DNA of 64,000 nucleotides from Bacteroidia bacterium (GCA_965279035.1 OZ257142.1:1472001-1536000); one strand, 5' to 3'. Positions 1 through 9,760 are shown, counted from the stretch's first letter. Notes: generated from the sequence alone by a model not told the origin. A program made the numbers and translations.

Positions 1-1338
1 ATTAAGGAAATTGGAAGTAGCACTAAACGTGAAAAAGATGCGCATTTCACCAAACGTAGTCATGGACTTTTTCAAGGTTGGCTTATCTCTCAAACGCTTG
101 GATTTTGGTCGGCATTTCGACTGTTTCTGAATTTATTCAAACCGACAATGAGTCCTGCAACAGCAACCTCATTAAGGCACATGGATAAATTCTCGCAACT
201 AACAATCGAAAATAAAAGTCTCGATGACAAAGAAGGGAATCTTCAAATTGGATATACTATTCCTGAGATGATTCAACGTGTTGAGGGGCTTTTAAAGAGC
301 ACTGGTTTGGTTGAGCATTTTGCACCCATTGTTTATGTTGTGAGTCATGGTTCGAGTAGTGTGAACAATCCTCATTATGCAGCTTACGATTGCGGCGCAT
401 GTTCTGGTCGTCCGGGTTCTGTCAATGCACGCGTGATCTGTTATATGGCGAATCATCCGAAAGTGAGGGAAGAACTACGTAACCGAGGAATTCTGATTCC
501 AGAAACAACTCAGTTCATAGGTGCATTGCATGATACAACGCGTGATGAAGTAGTATTCTATGATGAAAATTCGTTGAATCCAGAAAATGCTGCAAATCAT
601 CCAAAACATGTTAAAGCATTTGAAAAAGCCTTAGATGAAAATTCAAAAGAACGTTCAAGACGTTTAGTATCAATTGATACTCATTTGAGTCCATCTAAAA
701 TTCATGAGAAGATAAGGACTCGTTCTGTTTCGCTTTTTGAACCTCGTCCAGAATTGAATCATGCTACCAATGCCTTATGTGTTGTTGGAAGGCGAGAATT
801 AAGCAAAGGTTTATTCCTCGACAGGAGATCTTTCATGAATTCTTATGATTATCGGGTTGATCCAGAAGGGAAATACTTGCTCAACATTCTCAATGCTGCT
901 GCTCCTGTTTGTGGTGGAATTAATTTGGAATATTATTTTTCCCGTGTTGATAATCAGAAACTGGGTGCTGGTACAAAGCTTCCTCATAATGTAATGGGAT
1001 TGTTTGGTGTTGCCAATGGAATTGATGGTGATTTACGTCCAGGACTTCCTTCTCAAATGATTGAAGTTCATGACCCTATTCGTTTATTGGTGATTGTAGA
1101 ACATTTTCCAGAGGTTGTTTTGAAAACCATTAAAACAAATCCAGCTACCTATGAATGGTTTGCAAATGAATGGGTGCATTTGGTTGTCGTGAATCCACAA
1201 ACAAACAAATTGTTTTTGTTTGGAGCAGGTAAATTCGAACCTTATCAAACAGTTACAAACGCACTTCGTAGTTCGTCCGACTTAACTCCTGTATTTGAAA
1301 CTCACGAAGAAAATCTTCCGGTTTATCTTATTCCATAA
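1..1338 (+). CDS. dabA: DUF2309/DabA-family inorganic carbon transporter subunit (beta-carbonic-anhydrase-like), 5'-truncated by the window edge
   Basis: Frame is open from base 1; motifs HGSSSVNNPHYAAYDCGAC, LHDTTRD, RPELNHATNA, INLEYYFSRVDN, GTKLPHNV, HDPIRL; followed by a NuoL-like partner. Confidence 0.88.
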   Translation: MKEIGSSTKREKDAHFTKRSHGLFQGWLISQTLGFWSAFRLFLNLFKPTMSPATATSLRHMDKFSQLTIENKSLDDKEGNLQIGYTIPEMIQRVEGLLKSTGLVEHFAPIVYVVSHGSSSVNNPHYAAYDCGACSGRPGSVNARVICYMANHPKVREELRNRGILIPETTQFIGALHDTTRDEVVFYDENSLNPENAANHPKHVKAFEKALDENSKERSRRLVSIDTHLSPSKIHEKIRTRSVSLFEPRPELNHATNALCVVGRRELSKGLFLDRRSFMNSYDYRVDPEGKYLLNILNAAAPVCGGINLEYYFSRVDNQKLGAGTKLPHNVMGLFGVANGIDGDLRPGLPSQMIEVHDPIRLLVIVEHFPEVVLKTIKTNPATYEWFANEWVHLVVVNPQTNKLFLFGAGKFEPYQTVTNALRSSSDLTPVFETHEENLPVYLIP

Positions 1339-1346
1339 TCTTTGTC

Positions 1347-3215
1347 ATGATCGCCTTTTTGCATATTTTAATCTATATCCCTTTGCTGGGATTTTTAATA
1401 AGTCTGTGCCTTCCTGATAAAAACGAAACCCTCATTTCGAGGACAGCATTTTTTACTGTTGGATTGCATTTACTTGTTTTACTAGTATTTCTTGGAGTTT
1501 GGCTTTTGGGAGGACATCCTCGATTAAATATTCGTGATGTTGTTCTATACAGTGCCGAAGATTATGAATTCTATTTGGATTTCAGTTTCGATCGGATTAC
1601 TGCTGTTTATTTGTTTGTAGGTGCTTTGCTCACCTTTATGGTAACGATTTATAGTCGGTATTATCTGCATCGTGAAAAAGGATACAAGCGTTTTTTCAAT
1701 ACCACCTTGTTCTTTTATCTCGGGTATAATTTGACCATTCTTTCGGGCAATCTCGAAACACTTTTCATTGGTTGGGAAATGCTCGGTATTTCTTCATTTC
1801 TGTTGATTGCATTTTACCGCGATCGCTACTTGCCAGTGAAGAATGCAGTGAAAGTATTTTCTATTTACCGAATTGGTGATGTGGGAATTATTTTAGCCAT
1901 GTGGATGACGCATCATCTCTGGCATGAGAACATCACCTTTGCCAAATTGAGCGATTCTCACATGGTAAGTGAGCACCTTCAACAACATAGCTGGATTGGA
2001 GTGTTAATTTCTCTCGCTTTCTTATTGACTGCAGCTGCTAAATCAGCCCAATTACCATTTTCGTCTTGGTTGCCGCGTGCTATGGAAGGACCAACTCCTT
2101 CGAGTGCAATCTTTTATGGATCGCTTTCGGTTCATCTCGGTGTGTTTTTGCTTTTGAGAACATTCCCGTTTTGGGAACATCAGTTTTCAGTTAGGATTTT
2201 AATCGCCCTTTTAGGATTATCTACCAGCATTGTCGCCTCTTTAGTAGCTCGAGTCCAGTCCTCTGTGAAGAGCCAAATTGCCTATTCCTCGATCGCCCAA
2301 ATTGGACTTATCTTTATTGAAATTGCTGCTGGTTTTGAGAATCTAGCATTGTTCCATTTTGCTGGAAATGCCTTTTTAAGAACGTATCAATTATTGGTTT
2401 CTCCTTCTGTTGTGAGTTACTTAATACGCGAGCAGTTTTACAATTTCATTCCTAAAAAACATACGTTCGAAGACAGCCTTCCTAAAAAGATCGAATACTC
2501 GCTCTATGTTCTTAGTTTGAAAGAATGGAATCTCGATTCGTTCATGTATCGTCGACTTTGGAATCCCTTGAAAATGATTGGTAAAAAACTCGATTTCATG
2601 AATGTGAAAAGGGTGGTTGTTTTCTTTGTAATCGTTTATGGTATTGGATTGTACATCGTTTACCATCGTGATTTGCTTTCAGAAAATGTACAACATTATC
2701 TTCCATTAGTTTTCTCGTTCATTGGAGTTATCATGGTGATAAAGTCTTTCTCCGAAAGGATAAAAGTCAAGCTGAGCTGGTTACTTATAATAATGAATCA
2801 CTTTTGGGTTGCCTTAGCCATTTCATTTAACGAGAATTTCAAATTCGAGCAAATTCACTTGTATTTAAGTGGTGTTGTGGTGATGGGTTTTGTTGGATAC
2901 CTCTGTTTAAGACGACTCAAAAAACTAGAACACAGTATCGACTTAGACCAATTTCACGGACATTCTTATAAGCATCCGAAAATTGCCTTTGTATTTTTGA
3001 TTGCCTGTTTGGGATTGACTGGTTTCCCTATCACACCAACGTTTTTAGGTGAAGATTTAATCTTTTCTCACATTCATTCCGATCAATTCTTATTGGCTAC
3101 ATTCACTTCATTGAGTTTTGTTGTAGACGGATTATCCATTATTCGAATTTTCGCTCGTGTGTTTTTGGGACCACATTCTAAATCTCCAACCGAGATGGCT
3201 TATCGTTCATCCTAA
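1347..3215 (+). CDS. dabB: NuoL/ND5-like proton-translocating membrane subunit (DabB/MpsA type)
   Basis: Many TM helices; GWEMLGISSFLLI, YRIGD, KSAQLPFSSWLPRAMEGPTPSSA; 8 nt downstream of the DUF2309 gene; no other nuo genes adjacent. Confidence 0.82.
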   Translation: MIAFLHILIYIPLLGFLISLCLPDKNETLISRTAFFTVGLHLLVLLVFLGVWLLGGHPRLNIRDVVLYSAEDYEFYLDFSFDRITAVYLFVGALLTFMVTIYSRYYLHREKGYKRFFNTTLFFYLGYNLTILSGNLETLFIGWEMLGISSFLLIAFYRDRYLPVKNAVKVFSIYRIGDVGIILAMWMTHHLWHENITFAKLSDSHMVSEHLQQHSWIGVLISLAFLLTAAAKSAQLPFSSWLPRAMEGPTPSSAIFYGSLSVHLGVFLLLRTFPFWEHQFSVRILIALLGLSTSIVASLVARVQSSVKSQIAYSSIAQIGLIFIEIAAGFENLALFHFAGNAFLRTYQLLVSPSVVSYLIREQFYNFIPKKHTFEDSLPKKIEYSLYVLSLKEWNLDSFMYRRLWNPLKMIGKKLDFMNVKRVVVFFVIVYGIGLYIVYHRDLLSENVQHYLPLVFSFIGVIMVIKSFSERIKVKLSWLLIIMNHFWVALAISFNENFKFEQIHLYLSGVVVMGFVGYLCLRRLKKLEHSIDLDQFHGHSYKHPKIAFVFLIACLGLTGFPITPTFLGEDLIFSHIHSDQFLLATFTSLSFVVDGLSIIRIFARVFLGPHSKSPTEMAYRSS

Positions 3216-3243
3216 ATCAGTAGCATTGATTAACATGATAGCG

Positions 3244-3269
3244 CCCCGGATTTAAATCCGGGGTTTTTT
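3244..3269 (+). terminator. Intrinsic terminator after dabB
   Basis: ccccgga-tttaaa-tccgggg palindrome followed by T6. Confidence 0.8.
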
Positions 3270-3294
3270 AATTTTGTGCCGAATTCCCAAAGCA

Positions 3295-4533
3295 ATGACA
3301 CAAACTAAAATGGAGCTGATGGCACCAGTTGGTTCATATGAATCACTCATGGCTGCTATTCAGGCGGGCGCAAACTCGGTGTATTTCGGGGTAGAGCAAT
3401 TGAACATGCGTACCCGCTCTTCAATCAATTTTACGTTAGAAGATTTAGCAGAAATAACACGTATCTGCTCAGAAAATTCGGTTAAAACTTATCTTACTAT
3501 TAACACCATTATCTACGATCATGACATCTCCTTGATGAAAAAGATTGTAGATGCTGCGTTTGCCAACAACATCTCGGCAGTTATTGCATCCGATCATGCG
3601 GTGATGAATTATGCTAAGAAAATTGGTATGCGGGTGCATATTTCTACGCAAGCCAATGTGACCAATATCGATACAATTGAGTTTTATTCGGCCTATGCTA
3701 ATGTGATGGTTTTAGCGCGTGAGTTAGGTTTGATGCAAGTGGAAGCTATCAGTAAAGAAATTGCTCGTCGTGATGTGCGCGGCCCTTCGGGTGATTTAGT
3801 GAAAATTGAAATTTTTGGTCATGGTGCTTTATGCATGGCAGTTTCAGGTAAATGTTATTTGAGCTTGCACTCGAATTTCGCTTCCGCCAATCGTGGCGCC
3901 TGTTTGCAAAACTGCCGTCATGCCTATGTGGTGACAGATAAAGAAACAGGTAACGAACTGGAAATCGACAACGAATACATCATGTCGGCTAAGGATTTAT
4001 GCACGATTGGATTCCTAGATAAAGTGATGGAATCAGGAGTAAGTGTGTTAAAAATCGAAGGTCGTGGGCGAAGTGCCGATTATGTGCATACCGTTATTAG
4101 CTGTTATCGTGAGGCGATCGACTCAATTTATGAAGGCACTTATTCGCGTGAAAAAGTGGAAGCTTGGACCAATCGATTGGCAACAGTTTATAATCGTGGA
4201 TTTTGGGATGGCTATTATTTAGGTCGAACTATGGGAGAGTGGAACGATGAATATGGATCGAAAGCAACTAAGCGCAAAATCTTTATTGGTAAGGGTTTGA
4301 AGTATTATGATGCAGTAAAAGTGGGCGAGTTCCAATTGGAATCACATTCCTTAGAAGTGGGCGATGAAATATTGATTACTGGTCCAACTACCGGTGTAAT
4401 TCAACAGATAGTTGAAGAGTTGAGGTTGGATAATGTGAAAACTGATAAAGTGAAGAAAGGCGATGTGTTCTCTGTTTCGGTAGATGCTAAAGTTCGTCCT
4501 TCGGATAAATTGTATAAAATAGTAGATGCCTGA
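3295..4533 (+). CDS. Peptidase U32 family protein (probable Fe-S-dependent tRNA/rRNA hydroxylation protein)
   Basis: ELMAPVGS, HISTQAN, HGALCMAVSGKC, NRGACLQNCR, LKIEGR; ATG at 3295 preferred over the TTG at 3274. Confidence 0.88.
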   Translation: MTQTKMELMAPVGSYESLMAAIQAGANSVYFGVEQLNMRTRSSINFTLEDLAEITRICSENSVKTYLTINTIIYDHDISLMKKIVDAAFANNISAVIASDHAVMNYAKKIGMRVHISTQANVTNIDTIEFYSAYANVMVLARELGLMQVEAISKEIARRDVRGPSGDLVKIEIFGHGALCMAVSGKCYLSLHSNFASANRGACLQNCRHAYVVTDKETGNELEIDNEYIMSAKDLCTIGFLDKVMESGVSVLKIEGRGRSADYVHTVISCYREAIDSIYEGTYSREKVEAWTNRLATVYNRGFWDGYYLGRTMGEWNDEYGSKATKRKIFIGKGLKYYDAVKVGEFQLESHSLEVGDEILITGPTTGVIQQIVEELRLDNVKTDKVKKGDVFSVSVDAKVRPSDKLYKIVDA

Positions 4534-4760
4534 TGGTACGTATCACGCAGCAGCGTATTAAATGCATTGGATGTAATGCCTGTGTAGAAGTCGCAAAATA
4601 CCGTTGGCGCTTATCAACCAAAGATGGAAAATGTACCTTAATTGGTGGTGTGGAGAAGAAAGGTTGGTTCTCAGTTTTAGTGGGTGATGATGAATTGGAA
4701 TTGAACCAATTAGCTGCACGAAATTGTCCGGTAAATATTATACGCGTTGAACAGGTTTAA
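4533..4760 (+). CDS. Small single-cluster ferredoxin
   Basis: CIGCNAC ... AARNCPVNII; TGATG overlap with the U32 gene. Confidence 0.85.
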   Translation: MVRITQQRIKCIGCNACVEVAKYRWRLSTKDGKCTLIGGVEKKGWFSVLVGDDELELNQLAARNCPVNIIRVEQV

Positions 4761-4761
4761 A

Positions 4762-5748
4762 TCATTGAGTTCGTTTGATGAAGGAAATTAATCCATTCAT
4801 ATAGGTTTGCTGATCGTCGTACATGCAACAATGACTGCCATTTTTACACAGTAGGAATTCTCCTTTGGGAAGTTGTTTACTCATCCATTCCATATACAGT
4901 GGATCCATCGTATCGTATGTTGCGCCAATAACCAGGCTAGGGATTTTTATATTTTTTAATTCCTTGCTCACATCCCAATGGATTAATTTTCCAGCAACGC
5001 CAAATTCACTTGGTCCTTGCATAATCACATACAGCTCGTTGTTTAAGTGACTAAACATGCGCGATAAAGGTTCAGGCCAAACTTCCAAACGACAAATATG
5101 TTTGTTGTAAAAATGTGGAACTAATAATTCCATGTATTTAGGATTTTGGAAGTCGTTTCGCTTTTCCATTGCACGAATAGAATCTACAACTTCCGGATCC
5201 ATTTGTTTTGCAAGTACATTGTCGGCATATTTTCCATATTCTGGAATGCTTGCCATCATATTGGAAATAATAAGGGCTTTCATGTTATTCTGATACTTCA
5301 ATGCATATTGCATCGCGAGTATTCCGCCCCAAGAATGTCCCAATAAATAAAAATTATCCTTGTCTAAATTCAAGGCAATTCGAACTTGTTCAACTTCCTC
5401 CACATAGCGTGATAAATCATAAAGTGAAGTGTCTTTAGGATTGTCGGAATTTCCACAAGCAAGTTGATCGTAATAAATAAATTCAATGCCTTCTTTAGGA
5501 AAGAAATTTTCAAAGCATTCGAAGTATTCATGAGTTCCACCAGGGCCTCCATTCAATAATAAGATTTTCATTTTGGGATTTTCTCCAATTTTTTTTGTCC
5601 ACACATTGAAATTCCCTTTGGGTGTTTTTATAGAAATATATTGAACACCATCTTCAGCTTGCTTAACTACTTGATTGTTTTGAGCATTTATTGAAAATGA
5701 ATTTAATGCAATGATAAATGCGAGAAATACGATTCGTGAAATGCTCAT
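4762..5748 (-). CDS. Proline iminopeptidase family alpha/beta hydrolase, exported
   Basis: GGPG, YDQL, GHSWGG nucleophile motif, GSH; signal peptide begins at ATG 5748. Confidence 0.85.
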   Translation of the reverse strand: MSISRIVFLAFIIALNSFSINAQNNQVVKQAEDGVQYISIKTPKGNFNVWTKKIGENPKMKILLLNGGPGGTHEYFECFENFFPKEGIEFIYYDQLACGNSDNPKDTSLYDLSRYVEEVEQVRIALNLDKDNFYLLGHSWGGILAMQYALKYQNNMKALIISNMMASIPEYGKYADNVLAKQMDPEVVDSIRAMEKRNDFQNPKYMELLVPHFYNKHICRLEVWPEPLSRMFSHLNNELYVIMQGPSEFGVAGKLIHWDVSKELKNIKIPSLVIGATYDTMDPLYMEWMSKQLPKGEFLLCKNGSHCCMYDDQQTYMNGLISFIKRTQ

Positions 5749-5782
5749 TTTTGTCGAAAATAAATTGATCTGACGTAGTGAA

Positions 5783-7228
5783 TTAATCATTTATAATGAT
5801 TGTCTTATGGCTTGTAATTGCTGAATTGTTATTACTCCAAACTATATGATACAATCCAGAATGCGATAAAATATCTCGTTCAATGTTGAATTGTTTTGAA
5901 TAGACATTCATCGAATGAATACATTTTCCAGTTAGGTCGTAAATGCGAAGTATTCCATTATTAGTGGGTAATTGAATCTGTATGTTTCCATTACTTGGAT
6001 TAGGATAAACACGCCATGCTTGATCTATATTTTCAATTCCTAAAATAGTTCCTGGATTCAGGTTAACATGAAAGGTATCGGTGAAAAAGCAGGTATCGGC
6101 ATTGGATGGAAATAGGTTGGTAATGTCGAGTTTAAAATCGAGCATGGTGTTTTCAGGAATAGCTTGAGTAACATGAAAGAAAAAGCTGGCTTCAACTACC
6201 GAATCGGGATTCCAAGCGGAAGCAAAAACCTGAAATCCGCTACTGTTTAAGCCGAAATCCATACCTGCCGGAAATGCCGACAATGGGGTGATTCGAGCGA
6301 GCGGATAGGCGAATCCTAATCCAGAAGTATTCGTTAAATTAAACCTCAAAACAGAATCACCAAACGATGAAATGGTACCTTCGAATATAGCTTGATCAGC
6401 AGCATTTGTGAGTGGTAAAAGCGAACAAGCTACATTTTGTATGGCTGGAAATCCTAAGAAATTAACCGTATTATTTCCTGAATTTGGAATAGCGAGTGTA
6501 TCAGAAATTTGATTGTAGTAGATATCTGCCGGGCTCGACATACCAGTAGCTATAGTGATGGGTGCATTGAGAAAATTGCGATCGTATTTTACGATTTTTT
6601 GTCCTGTCCATGCTGATATATACCAAGTATCGAGACCGTTCCAAGCAAGACCATCACAGTTTCCAAGAGTTGTTGAAGCAATTGTTGTTACTACAGAATC
6701 GGCAAGAGATAGAGCTTTGATGGGAGCATTCGTTCCCCAATTGACAAATACTAAACGGTTATGGGCTTGGTCGTAAACGATTCCGTTTGGACTTTGCACA
6801 AGATTTTGAGCCATCACATTGGAAGAACTTGTACTGGTGTTAATTCGGTAGATTTTTTTACCAGTAAAATCGGTGGCGAAGAGATTAACATATCCATCGC
6901 TGGTGATTCCATTGAGAAAAGTTGCACCTGTGTTTAGATTGAATGTTTGAGTTCCGTCTGTTAAGTCGTAGCCTTTGATGTATCCACTACAGCAAGCATA
7001 AACTGTATTTCCTACGATTTCGATTCCATAAGGAACAGGACTAATTCCCGATTTAAAAACCGATAACACACCACTTGCCGAACGAGCGAGAATGGTTCCG
7101 CTCCCGGTGTTTGAAATTAAATAACGGTTGTTGCCTGCATCAAATGCAATGCTTTCGGGACCGTTGTATGTTTGAGCTTGGATGAAATTTGAGCACAGAA
7201 TTGCAATTAGTAGTAAACAATTTTTCAT
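5783..7228 (-). CDS. T9SS-secreted beta-propeller protein (SMP-30/NHL-like) with a middle Ig-like region
   Basis: Signal peptide; repeated PESI/PYGI/LNGI/PNGI/CDGL/PADI blade motifs; C-terminal VYPNP...IYDLTGK...GLY sorting domain. Confidence 0.78.
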   Translation of the reverse strand: MKNCLLLIAILCSNFIQAQTYNGPESIAFDAGNNRYLISNTGSGTILARSASGVLSVFKSGISPVPYGIEIVGNTVYACCSGYIKGYDLTDGTQTFNLNTGATFLNGITSDGYVNLFATDFTGKKIYRINTSTSSSNVMAQNLVQSPNGIVYDQAHNRLVFVNWGTNAPIKALSLADSVVTTIASTTLGNCDGLAWNGLDTWYISAWTGQKIVKYDRNFLNAPITIATGMSSPADIYYNQISDTLAIPNSGNNTVNFLGFPAIQNVACSLLPLTNAADQAIFEGTISSFGDSVLRFNLTNTSGLGFAYPLARITPLSAFPAGMDFGLNSSGFQVFASAWNPDSVVEASFFFHVTQAIPENTMLDFKLDITNLFPSNADTCFFTDTFHVNLNPGTILGIENIDQAWRVYPNPSNGNIQIQLPTNNGILRIYDLTGKCIHSMNVYSKQFNIERDILSHSGLYHIVWSNNNSAITSHKTIIIND

Positions 7229-7283
7229 GGGTTGGGAGGAATGAAGATCAGATGTATAATTAAACTATTCCCTGTTTAAATAC

Positions 7284-7313
7284 AAAAAACCCGGAATGTT
7301 GGTTCCGGGTTTT
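7284..7313 (-). terminator. Intrinsic terminator after the monooxygenase-like gene
   Basis: aaaacccggaa/ttccgggtttt stem with T-run on the minus strand. Confidence 0.75.
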
Positions 7314-7323
7314 CAAATGTGAA

Positions 7324-8964
7324 TTAATGCTGAACAATGAGTTTTTGAGTGTATGTTCCTGTATTGCTGCACAAACGTATAATATAAACACCACTTTTAT
7401 TGGGAGTTTGACACTGGAGAGCATTTTTCCCGACAGGTAAATTCTCTGTATTTGTTTGTTGAATGATTCTTCCTGAAATATCCCAAATACTAATTTGTAC
7501 ATCGGAAGCTTTTTCTAACTCGAATGTCAAATTGAATATTCCATTTGCTGGATTGGGGTTGATTGAAGCGAAATTCGTTTCTAAATTCTCATTACCCAAA
7601 ATAACTTCCCCCAATGTGTATTGAATATAATAGAGTTTCATTTCATCATTGGTCGTCAATCCAAAATGAACTGAAGTTGTTCCTGTATTTCTGAATGTGG
7701 CTTCTTGTATCAAACCGAGTTTTGGATTGATGGGTTCCAATGGTTCAAATTGACGAACGGGTGGATGAGAAAAACTGTAATATCCTTGATTGAACGTATA
7801 ATCGGTATTATACCAGCCTTCGTAAATCTGATCACCTTTGGTTCCATTTGAATTTCGTTTGAAAATATCGAAATCAACCCCGTATTTGTGAGTATGAGAT
7901 GTCAATTGCCAAATATTCCAATACTGAGTGGCTGATACATCATAATCGGCTTGAGAAAATGTATGAGGTGTATTGTCGGCTGGAATTAATATGTTGAGGT
8001 CGGTAATTAAATCCGAATGCATTTCGATGATCTCATCAGTTGCTGGTAATGTGTAAACATTAATAAAGACTTCAGAAGCCAAAACAGAATCGACATTGTA
8101 GTTTTTTAGATGGAAATTCATATCGAGCACACTTCCAGTTGGCCATATATACGCTGTTCCTTGAGGTAAATGAGTATCGAACGACATCTGCCAAGCATTG
8201 ATCATCGTGGATGAACTTCCTGAAGAACCAACTCCGGTTAAAGGATTCTGTAATCGTAATCCTTCGGCAAATGAAGCATCTTGTCCGGGAAGAAATTTAT
8301 AGAGAATGAAGTGATGACTTTGAGGAGCCATGATCATTTCGAGACGGTTAACCTTAATATTTGCAGGAAGTTCAAGATCGTATTTGATAAAGTATTCGGC
8401 TTCTGATTGTGGTGCTAAGAATATTTTCCCTAAGTGTAATTGAAATGATCCCGTTTCTGTAGGAATTGGTGGAGCACTAGGAATGCTATTGATTCCTCCA
8501 TTGGTATAATACTCATCGATAATTGCTGTGTTTACAACATTTCCAGTTAAAGGAGCTCCTTTATAAATCCATTGTCGAATCAATTCTAAACTTTGTTGTG
8601 GAACTGCTGGTCCTGGACCACCATAATTGGGCATACCAGCACCTTCGTCAACAGTAAGCATTTCGTTAGGGTAGAGTCCATTATTGCATTTACGCATAAG
8701 AAAGCTTCGGTCGGGATAACCAGGACGAATGAGTTTATACCCTTTCGCAATTGCTGCAGGATTTGTTGGACTTACATTCACAATGCGATTGTATACTTCT
8801 GTGTCTGTTCCACTCAAATTCAAATTCCCGGAATTATCCACTCCATTGTGACAACCAATAGCACAGGTACTTTGGAAAAAAGTATTGATTTGAGAGAATG
8901 TGTTTTGGGCTTGAATGCTATTCGAGACAAAAAGCACGATTAAGGAAAGGAGTGTGTTTTTCAT
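7324..8964 (-). CDS. T9SS-secreted protein: cytochrome c-like domain + copper type II (PHM/DBH-like) monooxygenase domain + CTD
   Basis: CAIGCH...MP...IRQWIYKGA; SHHFIL, NFHLKN, SHTH, DEM copper-ligand pattern; NPNPANG...DISGR...GVY...TQKLIV sorting domain. Confidence 0.72.
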   Translation of the reverse strand: MKNTLLSLIVLFVSNSIQAQNTFSQINTFFQSTCAIGCHNGVDNSGNLNLSGTDTEVYNRIVNVSPTNPAAIAKGYKLIRPGYPDRSFLMRKCNNGLYPNEMLTVDEGAGMPNYGGPGPAVPQQSLELIRQWIYKGAPLTGNVVNTAIIDEYYTNGGINSIPSAPPIPTETGSFQLHLGKIFLAPQSEAEYFIKYDLELPANIKVNRLEMIMAPQSHHFILYKFLPGQDASFAEGLRLQNPLTGVGSSGSSSTMINAWQMSFDTHLPQGTAYIWPTGSVLDMNFHLKNYNVDSVLASEVFINVYTLPATDEIIEMHSDLITDLNILIPADNTPHTFSQADYDVSATQYWNIWQLTSHTHKYGVDFDIFKRNSNGTKGDQIYEGWYNTDYTFNQGYYSFSHPPVRQFEPLEPINPKLGLIQEATFRNTGTTSVHFGLTTNDEMKLYYIQYTLGEVILGNENLETNFASINPNPANGIFNLTFELEKASDVQISIWDISGRIIQQTNTENLPVGKNALQCQTPNKSGVYIIRLCSNTGTYTQKLIVQH

Positions 8965-8973
8965 GGGTTGGGA

Positions 8974-9684
8974 TTAATCGTATGATTCGAACCGGATTTG
9001 TTTTTTGTCTAGTACAAATGCTTGTAAATGTTCTCGGGCTTCTTTGAGCATGTTTGCCCATCCACAAAGATAGAAGAGATGATCACCTGGAAGAAGAAAT
9101 ATTTCTTTATACACATCATGAACATAACCTGATCGTCCTGACCATTGTTCTCGGGATAAAACGGGTATGTAATTGAAACTTGCTTTTTCTTCTTGAAGCT
9201 TCAGAAATTCCTGGTGATACAGTAAATCTCTTTGACTGCGTACACCTGCAATGAGTGTAATTTCATGATGCGGTTTCTCTTGTTGGAAAATGTCGAGTAT
9301 CATCGATCGAAAGGGAGCAATACCAGTACCTGTGCAAATAAAACATAATCGACGGTTTAGGTTTTCATCAAGCCTAAATTTACCTAAAGGAAGGGTTGTT
9401 TTAATTTTCGAACCAATCGAAATATCTCGAAATAAGTGCGGTGTTCCCAACCCTTGAGGATTCATTACAATGATGAGTTCTAAGGTATTGTCGCTCGATG
9501 GGGGAGAGGCAATGGAATAACTTCGGTTGGTGTATTTGCTGTCGATAGGTAAATCTAACATTACAAACTGACCTGCATGAAAATCTAGCATAACTTCACT
9601 AGGATAGCGAAGCACAAAGCGTTTCACATCTGGAGTTTCATCCAAAATCTGAATTACTTCGCAGTCATAATAGGTATATGCCAT
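8974..9684 (-). CDS. FAD/NAD(P)-binding ferredoxin-reductase-family oxidoreductase
   Basis: GQF, RSYSIAS, GTGIAPFRSM, YLCG, terminal FESY. Confidence 0.9.
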   Translation of the reverse strand: MAYTYYDCEVIQILDETPDVKRFVLRYPSEVMLDFHAGQFVMLDLPIDSKYTNRSYSIASPPSSDNTLELIIVMNPQGLGTPHLFRDISIGSKIKTTLPLGKFRLDENLNRRLCFICTGTGIAPFRSMILDIFQQEKPHHEITLIAGVRSQRDLLYHQEFLKLQEEKASFNYIPVLSREQWSGRSGYVHDVYKEIFLLPGDHLFYLCGWANMLKEAREHLQAFVLDKKQIRFESYD

Positions 9685-9760
9685 TTCAAACCAAGATACT
9701 GAAATATCTTTTCATCCAGTTCATTTTCAAAAGATTGAGTTCGAATTTTTTTCTTGATTG

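Noticed and set aside
1347-3215. Complex I nuoL or Mrp antiporter subunit
   Set aside because: No other nuo/mrp genes adjacent; pairing with DUF2309 indicates DabB
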